From: Angustibacter luteus
GTDB taxonomy: Bacteria > Actinomycetota > Actinomycetes > Actinomycetales > Angustibacteraceae
Length of the DNA stretch: 64,000 nucleotides
Direction of reading: 5' to 3'
Assembly: GCF_039541115.1 (NCBI RefSeq)
Contig: NZ_BAABFP010000007.1
Location: 1 to 64,000, forward strand
Shown: positions 10,193 through 19,842 of the stretch, piece after piece
Position numbering within the stretch: the stretch's first letter is position 1
How the letters are laid out: every line of letters starts with the position of its first letter
Notes under the pieces: generated by a model
Told to the model about the DNA's origin: nothing
The model's input: only the letters and a program-made list of their open reading frames with translations
Databases searched by the model: none
Translations under genes and position numbers: made by a program

Positions 10193-11445
10193 TGGACATC
10201 CTGCGCTTCGCCACGGCGGGCTCGGTGGACGACGGCAAGTCGACGCTGATCGGCCGGCTGCTCTACGACACCAAGACCGTGTTCGAGGACCAGATCGAGT
10301 CGGTCGAGCGGGCCAGCCGCGAGCGCGGCGACGAGCACACCAACCTGGCGCTGCTCACCGACGGCCTGCGGGCCGAGCGCGAGCAGGGCATCACGATCGA
10401 CGTCGCCTACCGGTACTTCGCCACCCCCAAGCGCACGTTCATCATCGCGGACACCCCCGGGCACATCCAGTACACCCGCAACATGGTCACCGGCGCCTCG
10501 ACCGCCGACCTGGCGCTGGTGCTGGTGGACGCCCGCAAGGGCATCCTCGAGCAGAGCCGCCGACACGCGTTCCTGGCCACGCTGCTCGAGGTGCCGCACC
10601 TGGTGCTGTGCATCAACAAGATGGACCTGGTCGACTACTCGCAGGAGGTGTACGACCGGATCCACGACGAGTTCCGCGCGTTCGCCACCAAGCTGCGCAT
10701 CCCCGACCTGACGGTCGTCCCGGTGTCCGCGCTCAAGGGCGACAACGTGGTGACCCGCTCGCCGAACATGCCCTGGTACGAGGGCTCCAGCCTGCTGCAC
10801 CACCTGGAGAACGTGCACGTGGCCAGCGACCGGAACCTGATCGACGTCCGGTTCCCGGTGCAGTACGTGATCCGCCCGCAGTCGGACGCCTGGCACGACT
10901 ACCGCGGGTACGCCGGGCAGGTCGCCGGCGGGGTGATCAAGAAGGGCGACGAGGTGATGGTGCTGCCGTCCGGCTTCACCACCCGGATCGCCTCCGTGGC
11001 CACCGCGGACGGCGAGGTCGACGAGGCCTACCCGCCGATGTCGGTGACGATCCGGCTCGAGGACGAGATCGACGTCTCGCGCGGGGACATGATCTGCCGG
11101 CCGCGCAACGCGCCCGTGGCGGCGCAGAACCTGGACGCGATGGTCTGCTGGATGGACGAGTCGGCCTCGCTGCAGGTCGGCCGCAAGTACGCGATCAAGC
11201 ACACCACCCGGACCGCGCGGGCCGTCGTCCGCGACCTGCAGTACCGGCTCGACGTGAACACGCTGCACCGGGACGAGAGCGCGGACTCGTTGTCGCTCAA
11301 CGAGGTCGGCCGGGTGCGGCTGCGCACCACCGCCCCGCTGATGACCGACGAGTACTCGCGCAACCGGACGACGGGTGGGTTCGTGCTGGTCGACGAGGCC
11401 ACGAACCGGACCGTCGCGGCCGGCATGATCACCTCGGCCGGCTGA
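10192..11445 (+). CDS. cysN: Sulfate adenylyltransferase subunit 1 (GTPase), no fused kinase domain
   Basis: AGSVDDGKSTLIG, EREQGITID, DTPGH, NKMD; start overlaps the cysD stop (TGATG). Confidence 0.96.
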   Translation: MDILRFATAGSVDDGKSTLIGRLLYDTKTVFEDQIESVERASRERGDEHTNLALLTDGLRAEREQGITIDVAYRYFATPKRTFIIADTPGHIQYTRNMVTGASTADLALVLVDARKGILEQSRRHAFLATLLEVPHLVLCINKMDLVDYSQEVYDRIHDEFRAFATKLRIPDLTVVPVSALKGDNVVTRSPNMPWYEGSSLLHHLENVHVASDRNLIDVRFPVQYVIRPQSDAWHDYRGYAGQVAGGVIKKGDEVMVLPSGFTTRIASVATADGEVDEAYPPMSVTIRLEDEIDVSRGDMICRPRNAPVAAQNLDAMVCWMDESASLQVGRKYAIKHTTRTARAVVRDLQYRLDVNTLHRDESADSLSLNEVGRVRLRTTAPLMTDEYSRNRTTGGFVLVDEATNRTVAAGMITSAG

Positions 11446-11454
11446 CCCGGCTGC

Positions 11455-12744
11455 TCAGCTCAGCCAGCCACCGGCGCGCAGGTGCGCCAGGACGACGTCC
11501 AGCGCCTGCTGCTCGGTGAGCCGGGAGGTGTCGACGACGACGTCCGCGTCGTCCGGCTCCTCGTAGGGGTCGCTGATCCCGGTGAACTGCGGCACCAGGC
11601 CGGCCCGGGCGCGAGCGTAGAGCCCCTTGACGTCACGCTCCTCGCAGACCTCCAGGGGCGTCGCCACGTGCACCAGCAGGAAGTCGCCGACCTGCTCCAC
11701 CCGCTGCCGCACCTCCTGCCGGGTGGCCGCGTACGGCGCGATGGGTGCGCAGACCGCGACCCCGCCGTGCTCGGCGACCAGGCTCGCGACGAAGCCGATC
11801 CGGCGCACGTTCGTCTCGCGGGCCGCCTTGTCGAACCCCAGGTCGGCCGACAGCAGCCGGCGGACCTCGTCGCCGTCCAGCACGCTGGTCGTGCGCTCGG
11901 TGCGGTCGCGGACGTGGTCGGCCAGCGCCGCGGCCAGCGTGGACTTGCCCGACCCGGACAGCCCGGTGAACATCACCACCAGCCCGCGCCGGGACGGCGG
12001 CGGTCGCCAGCGCTCCAGGTGGGTCGCGACGTCGGCCGCCACCAGCGTGGTCGGCAGCGGGTCTGCCCGGTCGAGCCGGCCGAGGACCTCGCGCCAGCGG
12101 GCGTCGCCCGCGCCGAGCACCTCCGTGCGTGCCGCGCCGAACGCCCGGCCGACGGCATCGGCCAGCGCCCGGTCGCTGGCCGGGTCGCGGAACGCGAAGG
12201 GCACCTCGGCGAGCCGGGTCGCCGAACCGGTGGGGAGTCCGGCGCGGACCGCCTCCCGCAGGGTCCGCGACGGCATCCCGTCGGGGGTGGCGCCGCCGGT
12301 CGGCACGAGCACCAGCGCGACGTCAGGTGCCGGCTCGTCGGCGAGGAAGGGTCGTCCGGCTAGCACGGCCTGGACGGCGGGGACGGCAGGGACGGCGGGG
12401 ACGGCGGGGCCGGACGCCGGGTGCTCGGTCCGGATGGCGGCGGCCAGCGCTCGCACGCGGCCACGGATCCCGCCCGGTTCGCCGCGGACGTCGTCCAGCG
12501 CCGCGACCGGGATGCCCTGCCGGTCGGCCAGCAGCACCTGACCGGCCCGGACCGCGGCGGTGGCCTGCGGGTCGGGCAGCGCGAGCCCGACCTGGTGCTC
12601 GGCACCGCCGGCCCCCTCGTCAGGGTCGGCCAGCGTGCCGCCGAGCCGGCGGAACGGCAGCCGCACGCCGAGCAGGACGAGGGCGAGGTCGGCGAGCTCG
12701 AGGTCGGTGGGGGACAGCACGGGAGCGTCCTTCGGGTGGTTCAC
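11455..12744 (-). CDS. cysC: Adenylyl-sulfate kinase with a degenerate Sat-like N-terminal region
   Basis: C-terminal FTGLSGSGKST, LDGDEVR, RDVKGLY, FTGISDPYE; N-terminal ~250 aa weakly resembles ATP sulfurylase (LELADLALVLLG). Confidence 0.85.
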   Translation of the reverse strand: MNHPKDAPVLSPTDLELADLALVLLGVRLPFRRLGGTLADPDEGAGGAEHQVGLALPDPQATAAVRAGQVLLADRQGIPVAALDDVRGEPGGIRGRVRALAAAIRTEHPASGPAVPAVPAVPAVQAVLAGRPFLADEPAPDVALVLVPTGGATPDGMPSRTLREAVRAGLPTGSATRLAEVPFAFRDPASDRALADAVGRAFGAARTEVLGAGDARWREVLGRLDRADPLPTTLVAADVATHLERWRPPPSRRGLVVMFTGLSGSGKSTLAAALADHVRDRTERTTSVLDGDEVRRLLSADLGFDKAARETNVRRIGFVASLVAEHGGVAVCAPIAPYAATRQEVRQRVEQVGDFLLVHVATPLEVCEERDVKGLYARARAGLVPQFTGISDPYEEPDDADVVVDTSRLTEQQALDVVLAHLRAGGWLS

Positions 12745-12913
12745 GAGCCTCCTGCCGTTCGGTGCGCTCGATCGCTGCGACGGCCAATTCCATCGTCCGG
12801 GGTCGGGTGGCGTCCAGTCCCGGGCTCCGAGGTCTTAGGCTGTGGGCGCGGCACGGGCAGGTCGGGGCACAGCCTCGCGGCCCGTCAGGCATCAGGGCAG
12901 CGAAGGGACAGCG

Positions 12914-13477
12914 GTGTTCGACACCAGAAGCGTCGTGGGGCGGAGCGGGCTACGAGCCGCGGTGGTGGCCGTGGCGTTGGGGCTCGCGGTGTCCGCGTGC
13001 ACCCCGGCCAAGGCCGGCGCCGCCGCGATCGTGGGGGACCGGCGGATCACCAGCCAGCAGGTGAACGACTCCAGCCAGGGCATCCGCGAGGGCAACCCGC
13101 AGCTGGCTCAGGGCGACGGCCTGGAGCGCACGGTGCTGTACTACCTGGTGATCTCGCCGTGGGTGCTGTCCGCGGCGCAGGCCACCGGCAACGGGGTCAG
13201 CAACCAGGAGGCCGCCAAGCTGCTGCCGAAGACGACCACCCCGGACCCGGGTTCGATCCTGGTGCTGCGCACCTTCACCGCCCTGCAGAAGATGCAGCAG
13301 GCCGGCGCCAGCGAGGCACTGGCCCAGGTGCAGAAGGACATCGGCGCCGCCGACCCCAAGCTGAGCCCCCGCTACGGCACCTTCGACGTCCAGCAGATGT
13401 CCATCGTGGACGCCCCGCCGAACTGGGTGGTCCCGAAGTCCGAGCCGACCGAGTCCACGAACCCCGGTCAGCCCTGA
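12914..13477 (+). CDS. SurA N-terminal-domain-like lipoprotein
   Basis: Lipobox VSAC, GAAAIVGDRRIT, SPRYGTFD; usual position before mazG. Confidence 0.75.
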   Translation: MFDTRSVVGRSGLRAAVVAVALGLAVSACTPAKAGAAAIVGDRRITSQQVNDSSQGIREGNPQLAQGDGLERTVLYYLVISPWVLSAAQATGNGVSNQEAAKLLPKTTTPDPGSILVLRTFTALQKMQQAGASEALAQVQKDIGAADPKLSPRYGTFDVQQMSIVDAPPNWVVPKSEPTESTNPGQP

Positions 13478-13500
13478 CCAGCCCACTGCAGGAGGACCAG

Positions 13501-14505
13501 CTGGCGGGCGGCCAGCTCGTGCTGCTGGTCGCCTCACCGCGGGTCGCGCCCGGCCTGCTCAGCCGGGGCGGTTGGCAGGCGCTCGACGCCGCCGACCTGG
13601 TGCTCTGCGCCGACCCGGCGGACGCGCTGCCCGAGGCCGTCGCCGAGGCCGGGATCGACGTCCGGGTGGAGGAGTCGCCGGACGTCGCCTCCCGGGCCCG
13701 CGCGCTCGTGCAGCGGGCGGCGACCGCGACCCTGGTCTGGCTCGGCTCGCCGGACGCCGACCCCGGCCTGACCGACGCACTGGCCATGGAGCTCTCCCGG
13801 GTCGCGGCCACCGGCGACCCGCCGACCGTGGAGATCCTGGTCGCCAGCCACGACGTGCCGGGCTCCCGGCTGCTCGACCTGGTCGCCGTGATGGACCGGC
13901 TGCGCTCACCCGGCGGCTGCCCGTGGGACGCCGAGCAGACCCCGACCTCGCTGGTGCCGTACCTGATCGAGGAGGCCTACGAGGCGGTCGAGGCGCTGGA
14001 GTCCGGCGACCCGGCGGCCGTGCGCGAGGAGCTCGGCGACGTCCTGCTGCAGGTGGTCTTCCACGCCCGGATGGCGCAGGAGGGCGAGCAGCCCTTCGAC
14101 GTGGACGACGTGGCCGCCGGCATCGTCGCCAAGCTGGTCCGCCGGCACCCGCACGTCTTCGCCCCCGATGCCGGGTCGGGCGGCACGTCGGCGTCCGACG
14201 TCCAGCAGAACTGGGATCGGCTCAAGGCGGCCGAGAAGGGCCGCGAGAGCGTCCTGGACGGCATCCCCGCCGCGCTGCCCGCGCTGGCCCGCGCCGAGAA
14301 GGTGCTCGGCCGGATCGAACGGGACGGCGGCGGCGCCGTCCCCGAACCGGTTGGCGACGCCCTCGCCGACGCCCTGCTCACCCTCGTCGCCCAGGCGAGG
14401 GTCGACGGCCGCGACCCCGAGGCCGTCCTGCGCGCCGCGGTGCGCGAGCTGGAGCAGCGGCACCGCGACCACCCCGACCACCCCGACCGTGAGGTCCGCG
14501 GATGA
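13501..14505 (+). CDS. mazG: MazG nucleoside triphosphate pyrophosphohydrolase with N-terminal tetrapyrrole-methylase-like region
   Basis: RVAPGLLS, LRSPGGCPWDAEQT, EEAYE, EELGDVLLQVVFH, RRHPHVF. Start uncertain (CTG 13501, CTG 13474 or GTG 13519). Confidence 0.88.
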   Translation: MAGGQLVLLVASPRVAPGLLSRGGWQALDAADLVLCADPADALPEAVAEAGIDVRVEESPDVASRARALVQRAATATLVWLGSPDADPGLTDALAMELSRVAATGDPPTVEILVASHDVPGSRLLDLVAVMDRLRSPGGCPWDAEQTPTSLVPYLIEEAYEAVEALESGDPAAVREELGDVLLQVVFHARMAQEGEQPFDVDDVAAGIVAKLVRRHPHVFAPDAGSGGTSASDVQQNWDRLKAAEKGRESVLDGIPAALPALARAEKVLGRIERDGGGAVPEPVGDALADALLTLVAQARVDGRDPEAVLRAAVRELEQRHRDHPDHPDREVRG

Positions 14506-16187
14506 GCCCGGCGCCGGTGCCCGAACGCTTCTGGCAGACCGCCCGGACGGCGCTGGACGTGCTGCTCGAGCACGACCCGGTCCGGGCCACGACGCTCGGT
14601 GACCACCGGTTCGACCGGCGGCTGCCCGACCTGTCACCCGATGGCGTGCAGGCGACGCTCGGTGACCTCGCGGACGCCACCGGCGCGCTGGACGACATCG
14701 ACGACGCCGAGCTGGGCCCGCAGGACCGGACCGACCTGGAGCTGCTGCGCGGCCGGCTCACCGCCCGCACCTGGAGCCTCGGCGACCTGGCCGAGCAGAC
14801 CTGGGACCCGCTGCTGTCCCTGCCCGGGCCGGCGATCTACTCGCTGGTGGCCCGCGACACCGGCGTCCCCGAGGACCGGGTCCGGGCGCTGGCCGCCCGG
14901 CTGGCGGCGATCCCGGAGTACCTGCACACCGTCCGTGACCAGCTCGGGCAGCTGCCGCGGGTGCACGTCGAGACGGCCGTCCTGCAGGCCCGCGGCGCGC
15001 TGTCGCTGCTCGGCGAGCCGGTGGACGCGCTGCTGGCCCGCGCGCCGGTCGTCGACCTGGACGCGCTGCGCACGGCGGCCGCGGACGCCCTCGAGGAGCA
15101 CGCCGGCTGGCTGGCCGACCAGCTGCCCGAGTCCGACCGCGACCCCCGACTCGGGGACCGCGCCTACGCGGCCCGGCTCTGGTACGCGCTGGACACCTCG
15201 ACCGGACCGGACGCCCTGCTGGACCGCGCGGAGAGCGACCTGATGGCCGTCGAAGAGCGGATCGCCGAGGTGGCGGCCCAGCTGGCCCCGCAGCTCGGGG
15301 TCGACGCGGACCCGGCCGGCCGGGTCCGCGCGGTGCTGGACGCCCTGGCCGCCGGCGCGCCGGTGACCGATGCCGACGTGCTGGACCGCTGCCGGGCGCA
15401 CCTGAGCGACCTCACCGCACTCGTCCGCGAGCACGAGCTCGTCACCGTGCCCGACGACCCGGTCGAGATCATCGAGATGCCGGAGGTGAACCGCGGCGTC
15501 GCGGTCGCCTACTGCGACCCGCCCGGCCCGCTCGAGCCCGACCTGGCCACGGGTGGCCCGGCGCCCACGTTCTTCGCCGTCGCCCCCACCCCGGACGGCT
15601 GGTCCGCCGAGCGCGTCGCGTCCTTCTACCGCGAGTACAACGACCACATGCTGCGGAACCTGTCGGTGCACGAGGCCATGCCCGGCCACGTCCTCCAGCT
15701 CGCGCACGCCCGGCGCTTCCGCGGTTCGACGGCCGCGCGCGCGGCCCTGACCAGCGGCACGTTCGTCGAGGGCTGGGCGGTCTACGCCGAGGGTCTGGTC
15801 GCGGACCTCGTCGAGCAGCTGGAGCCCGGCTCGGTCGGCGCGCTCGCGCTGCGCATGCAGCAGCTGAAGATGCTGCTGCGCTGCACCATCAACGCGATCC
15901 TCGACGTGCGGGTGCACACCCGCGGCATGACCGAGGCCGAGGCGATGGCGCTGATGACCACCCGCGGCCACCAGGAGGACGGCGAGGCGGCCGGCAAGTG
16001 GCGCCGGGCCCTGCTGACCAGCGCCCAGCTCTCGACGTACTACGTCGGTCACGTCGAGGTGTCCGCGCTGGCGGCGGACCTGCGCGCCGCGCGCCCGCAG
16101 TCCCGGACCCGCGTCGTGCACGACGCGCTGCTCGCCCACGGGTCGCCGTCCCCGCGGCTGCTGCGGTCCCTGCTCGAACTCGGCTGA
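14502..16187 (+). CDS. DUF885-family protein (predicted zincin-like metallopeptidase)
   Basis: ATTLGDHRFD, HEAMPGHVLQ, FVEGWAVYAE, QLSTYYVG; ATGA overlap with mazG. Confidence 0.85.
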   Translation: MSPAPVPERFWQTARTALDVLLEHDPVRATTLGDHRFDRRLPDLSPDGVQATLGDLADATGALDDIDDAELGPQDRTDLELLRGRLTARTWSLGDLAEQTWDPLLSLPGPAIYSLVARDTGVPEDRVRALAARLAAIPEYLHTVRDQLGQLPRVHVETAVLQARGALSLLGEPVDALLARAPVVDLDALRTAAADALEEHAGWLADQLPESDRDPRLGDRAYAARLWYALDTSTGPDALLDRAESDLMAVEERIAEVAAQLAPQLGVDADPAGRVRAVLDALAAGAPVTDADVLDRCRAHLSDLTALVREHELVTVPDDPVEIIEMPEVNRGVAVAYCDPPGPLEPDLATGGPAPTFFAVAPTPDGWSAERVASFYREYNDHMLRNLSVHEAMPGHVLQLAHARRFRGSTAARAALTSGTFVEGWAVYAEGLVADLVEQLEPGSVGALALRMQQLKMLLRCTINAILDVRVHTRGMTEAEAMALMTTRGHQEDGEAAGKWRRALLTSAQLSTYYVGHVEVSALAADLRAARPQSRTRVVHDALLAHGSPSPRLLRSLLELG

Positions 16188-16254
16188 ACGGCTGCGGGCG
16201 GCGTCCCGGTTGTGCCAGGGTGAGCGCGCAGGAACCCGATCAGAGGGGCCAGCC

Positions 16255-18162
16255 ATGCTGCGTCGTCCCGTGGTGGTCGTCACGCTCGTGATCGCGGTCG
16301 CCGCGATGCTCGCGGTACCCGGCGCCACGGTGCAGGCCGCATCCCCGACCGTGCACTTCACCGCGGCCGGCGACTACGCGACCACGGCGAACACGAGCCT
16401 GGTGCTGGACGGCATCCACGCGAACGCCCCCGACCTCAACCTCGCGCTCGGCGACCTGTCCTACGGCGCCGTCGGCAACGAGCAGGCGTTCTGCGACCTC
16501 GTCACCGGCAAGGTCGGGTCGGGCTTCCCGTTCGAGCTGATCTCCGGCAACCACGAGAGCAACGGGTTGAACGGCAACATCAACGACTTCTCCGCCTGCC
16601 TGCCCAACCAGCTGCCCGGGGTGACCGGAACCTACGGCCGGCAGTGGTACGTGGACTACCCGCGGTCGAACCCGACGGTGCGGTTCGTGATGATCTCGGC
16701 CGGGCTGGGCTTCTCGGACGGCAACTGGGACTACAGCGTGGGGTCGCCGCGCTACCAGTGGACGGCGGCGGCCGTGGACGGCGCGCGAGCGAGCGGCATC
16801 CCCTGGGTGGTCGTCGGCATGCACAAGCCCTGCGTCTCGGTCGGCGAGTACGGCTGCGAGGCGTCGGTGCAACCGATCATCTCGATGCTGCTGCAGAAGA
16901 AGGTCGACCTGATCCTGTCCGGTCACGAGCACCTGTACCAGCGGTCCAAGCAGCTGGCGCTCGGCGCCGGCTGCCCGTCGCTCACCCTGAACGCCTACAA
17001 CGCCAGCTGCGTGGTCGACTCCGACGACCAGCTGGTCAAGGGCGCCGGGACGGTGCTGGCGACCGTCGGCACCGGTGGGACGCCGCTGCGGGACGTCGAC
17101 CCGGCCGACACCGAGGCCGCCTACTTCGCGCAGTTCCAGGGCGCGAACACCGCCGCGAGCTACGGCTTCCTCGACGTGGTCGCGGACGGCGACCAGCTCA
17201 CCGCCCGGTTCGCCCCGGTGACGGGCGCGTTCAGCGACCTGTTCACCATCACCCGCTCGACCACCCCGGTGAACAGCCCGCCCACGGCCTCGGTCGCGAC
17301 CCCGGTCTGCAGCGCGCTGACGTGCACGTTCGACGGCACCGGATCCAGCGACCCCGACGGCACGATCTCGGCCTGGGACTGGACCTTCGGCGACGGCACC
17401 ACCGACACCGGAGCCACCCGCGGGCACACGTTCGCGACCGCCGGCACGTACCCGGTCACGTTGCGGGTCACGGACGACGACGGCGCCACCGCGACGGCCA
17501 GCACCTCCGTCACGGTGTCCGCGTCCCCGCCGCCGTACGCGTCCGACGGCTTCACCCGAACGGTGGCCAGCGGCTGGGGCAAGGCCGAGACCGGGGGGAA
17601 CTGGACGGCCGGCTCGTCCGGCCAGGCCTCCGTCAGCGGTGGAGTCGGCAAGCTGCTGATGGCGACGCCCGGGGCGGGCCCGTACGCCTACCTCGGTTCG
17701 GCCAACGCGCTGAACACCGACCTGACCACCTCCCTGTCGATGGACAAGAACGGGACCGGCAGCGGGACGGCGTTGTGGTTCCGGGCCCGGCACGTCCCGT
17801 CGGGCGCGGAGTACCGGCTGCGCTTGCGCTGGCTGACCGGCAACGTGCTCTCGATGAACCTGTCCCGCTTCGACACCGCCGAGACCGTGCTGGGCTCGAC
17901 CGTGTCACTGCCGGGTGGGGTCACGGCCGGGGAGCCGCTCAAGCTGCGCTGGCAGGTGCTGGGAACGGCTCCGACGACGCTGCGGGCGAAGCTGTGGCGG
18001 GCGGCCGATCCCGAGCCAGCCGCCTGGACGGTGTCGGCGACGGACTCCACCGCGGCTCTGCAGGCCGCCGGGTACCTCGGGCTGTACACGTACTTCTCGA
18101 GCTCGTCCACCAACGCACCGGTCGTGCTGAGCATCGACGACTTCCGGGCCGTCAGCCCCTGA
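16255..18162 (+). CDS. Secreted metallophosphoesterase + PKD domain + C-terminal beta-rich domain
   Basis: Signal peptide; AAGDY, LGDLSY, GNHE, GMHKP, GHEHLYQR; PKD motifs SSDPDG, WTFGDG, VTDDDG. Confidence 0.87.
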   Translation: MLRRPVVVVTLVIAVAAMLAVPGATVQAASPTVHFTAAGDYATTANTSLVLDGIHANAPDLNLALGDLSYGAVGNEQAFCDLVTGKVGSGFPFELISGNHESNGLNGNINDFSACLPNQLPGVTGTYGRQWYVDYPRSNPTVRFVMISAGLGFSDGNWDYSVGSPRYQWTAAAVDGARASGIPWVVVGMHKPCVSVGEYGCEASVQPIISMLLQKKVDLILSGHEHLYQRSKQLALGAGCPSLTLNAYNASCVVDSDDQLVKGAGTVLATVGTGGTPLRDVDPADTEAAYFAQFQGANTAASYGFLDVVADGDQLTARFAPVTGAFSDLFTITRSTTPVNSPPTASVATPVCSALTCTFDGTGSSDPDGTISAWDWTFGDGTTDTGATRGHTFATAGTYPVTLRVTDDDGATATASTSVTVSASPPPYASDGFTRTVASGWGKAETGGNWTAGSSGQASVSGGVGKLLMATPGAGPYAYLGSANALNTDLTTSLSMDKNGTGSGTALWFRARHVPSGAEYRLRLRWLTGNVLSMNLSRFDTAETVLGSTVSLPGGVTAGEPLKLRWQVLGTAPTTLRAKLWRAADPEPAAWTVSATDSTAALQAAGYLGLYTYFSSSSTNAPVVLSIDDFRAVSP

Positions 18163-18210
18163 TCGGGCGTCGGGCGGTCGAGTCCGCGCGCCAGGTGACA
18201 CGATGCCGGG

Positions 18211-19842
18211 ATGGCTGACCTGGTGCTGCACGGCGGCGTGGTGTTCGACGGCGAGAAGGTCCTGCCCGGCGCGACCGCCGTTGCGGTGCGGGACGGCCGG
18301 GTGCTCGCCGTCGGCTCGGACGACGAGGTTCGCGCCGCCGTCGGCGACGCGACCGAGGTGGTCGACCTGGCCGGCCGGCTGGTGCTGCCGGGCTTCACGG
18401 ACGCGCACGTGCACCCGGTCCAGGGCGGCGTCGAGCGGCTCGGCTGCGACCTGACCGGCGCCACCGGGGCAGCCGACACCCTCGACCGGGTCCGCCGGTT
18501 CGCCGACGCCCACCCCGAGCTGGACTGGATCGTCGGCGGCGGCTGGCTCAAGGAGTACTTCGCCGCCGGTCTGCCCACCGCTGCGGCCCTCGACCAGGCG
18601 GTGCCGGACCGCCCGGTCATGCTCCGTGACAACAGCCACCACGCGGTGTGGGTGAACTCCGAGGCGTTGCGCCGGGCCGGCGTGGCGCCGTCCCAGCTGC
18701 CGGACCCCGGCCACGTCGGCACGCTGCACGAGGAGGAGATGGACCTCGTCGCCGCGCACGTCCCGGACGAGACCCTCGACGAGCAGGTCGCCGGGCTGCT
18801 GGAGGCACAGCGGTACCTGCACGGCCTCGGCGTGACCGGCTGGCAGGACGCGATCGTCGGGGCCTACGCCGGCCACCCCGACCCGACCGCGGCGTACCTG
18901 GCGGTGGCCGCCCGCGGACTGCTCACCGCCCGCGTCACCGGGGCCCTGTGGTTCCCCCGCGGCACCACCGCGGAGCGGCTGCCGGACGTCGTCGCCGACC
19001 TCGTGCGCCGCCGGTCCGACGTGGCCGCCGCCGTGCCGGACGGCCGGTTCCGCGCCGGGACCGTGAAGGTCATGCAGGACGGCGTGGTGGAGAGCCGCAC
19101 GGCTGGCCTGGTCGAGCCGTACGTCGAGCTGCCCGGCTGCGCCTGCGAGCCCCGCAGCGGCCTGTCGTACGTGGACCCGCAGGTGCTGCGCGACGCAGCG
19201 GTGCTGCTGTCCCGCAACGGTTTCCAGCTGCACGTGCACGCGATCGGCGACCGCGCCGTCCGGGAGTCCCTGGACGCGCTGGAGGCCGCGCTGGCTGACC
19301 CGGACGCCGTCCCCGACCTGCGCCACCACGTCGCGCACCTGCAGGTCGTCGACCCGGTCGACGTCCCACGGTTCGCGGCGCTCGGCGTGACCGCGAACTG
19401 CCAGGCGCTGTGGGCCTGCCACGAGGCCGCCATGGACGACCTGAACATCCCGATCCTCGGCCCGGTGCGCTCGTCCTGGCAGTACCCGTTCGCCAGCCTG
19501 GTGCGGACCGGCGCGGCGCTCGCGATGGGCTCGGACTGGCCCGTCTCGACGCCGGACCCGCTGGCCGCGATCGAGGTCGCGGTCACCCGCCGTGAGCCGG
19601 GCGGCGACCGCCCGGCGCTGCTGCCCGACGAGGCGCTGGACGTCGTGACCGCGCTGTCGGCGTACACGCTCGGCTCGGCTCGGGTCACCCACCGGGACGA
19701 CGGCGGGAGGGTCGCCGCCGGTGCGCTGGCCGACCTGGTGGTGCTGGACCGCGACGTCACCGCCGTGCCGCCCGACGAGATCTCCGGCGTGCAGGTCGAC
19801 CTCACCCTGGTCGACGGTCGCCTGGTCTGGGAGCGGTCGTGA
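18211..19842 (+). CDS. Amidohydrolase_3 (YtcJ-like) family protein
   Basis: PGFTDAHVH, KVMQDG, HAIGDRAV, HLQ, GSDWPV, ADLVVLD. Confidence 0.88.
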   Translation: MADLVLHGGVVFDGEKVLPGATAVAVRDGRVLAVGSDDEVRAAVGDATEVVDLAGRLVLPGFTDAHVHPVQGGVERLGCDLTGATGAADTLDRVRRFADAHPELDWIVGGGWLKEYFAAGLPTAAALDQAVPDRPVMLRDNSHHAVWVNSEALRRAGVAPSQLPDPGHVGTLHEEEMDLVAAHVPDETLDEQVAGLLEAQRYLHGLGVTGWQDAIVGAYAGHPDPTAAYLAVAARGLLTARVTGALWFPRGTTAERLPDVVADLVRRRSDVAAAVPDGRFRAGTVKVMQDGVVESRTAGLVEPYVELPGCACEPRSGLSYVDPQVLRDAAVLLSRNGFQLHVHAIGDRAVRESLDALEAALADPDAVPDLRHHVAHLQVVDPVDVPRFAALGVTANCQALWACHEAAMDDLNIPILGPVRSSWQYPFASLVRTGAALAMGSDWPVSTPDPLAAIEVAVTRREPGGDRPALLPDEALDVVTALSAYTLGSARVTHRDDGGRVAAGALADLVVLDRDVTAVPPDEISGVQVDLTLVDGRLVWERS

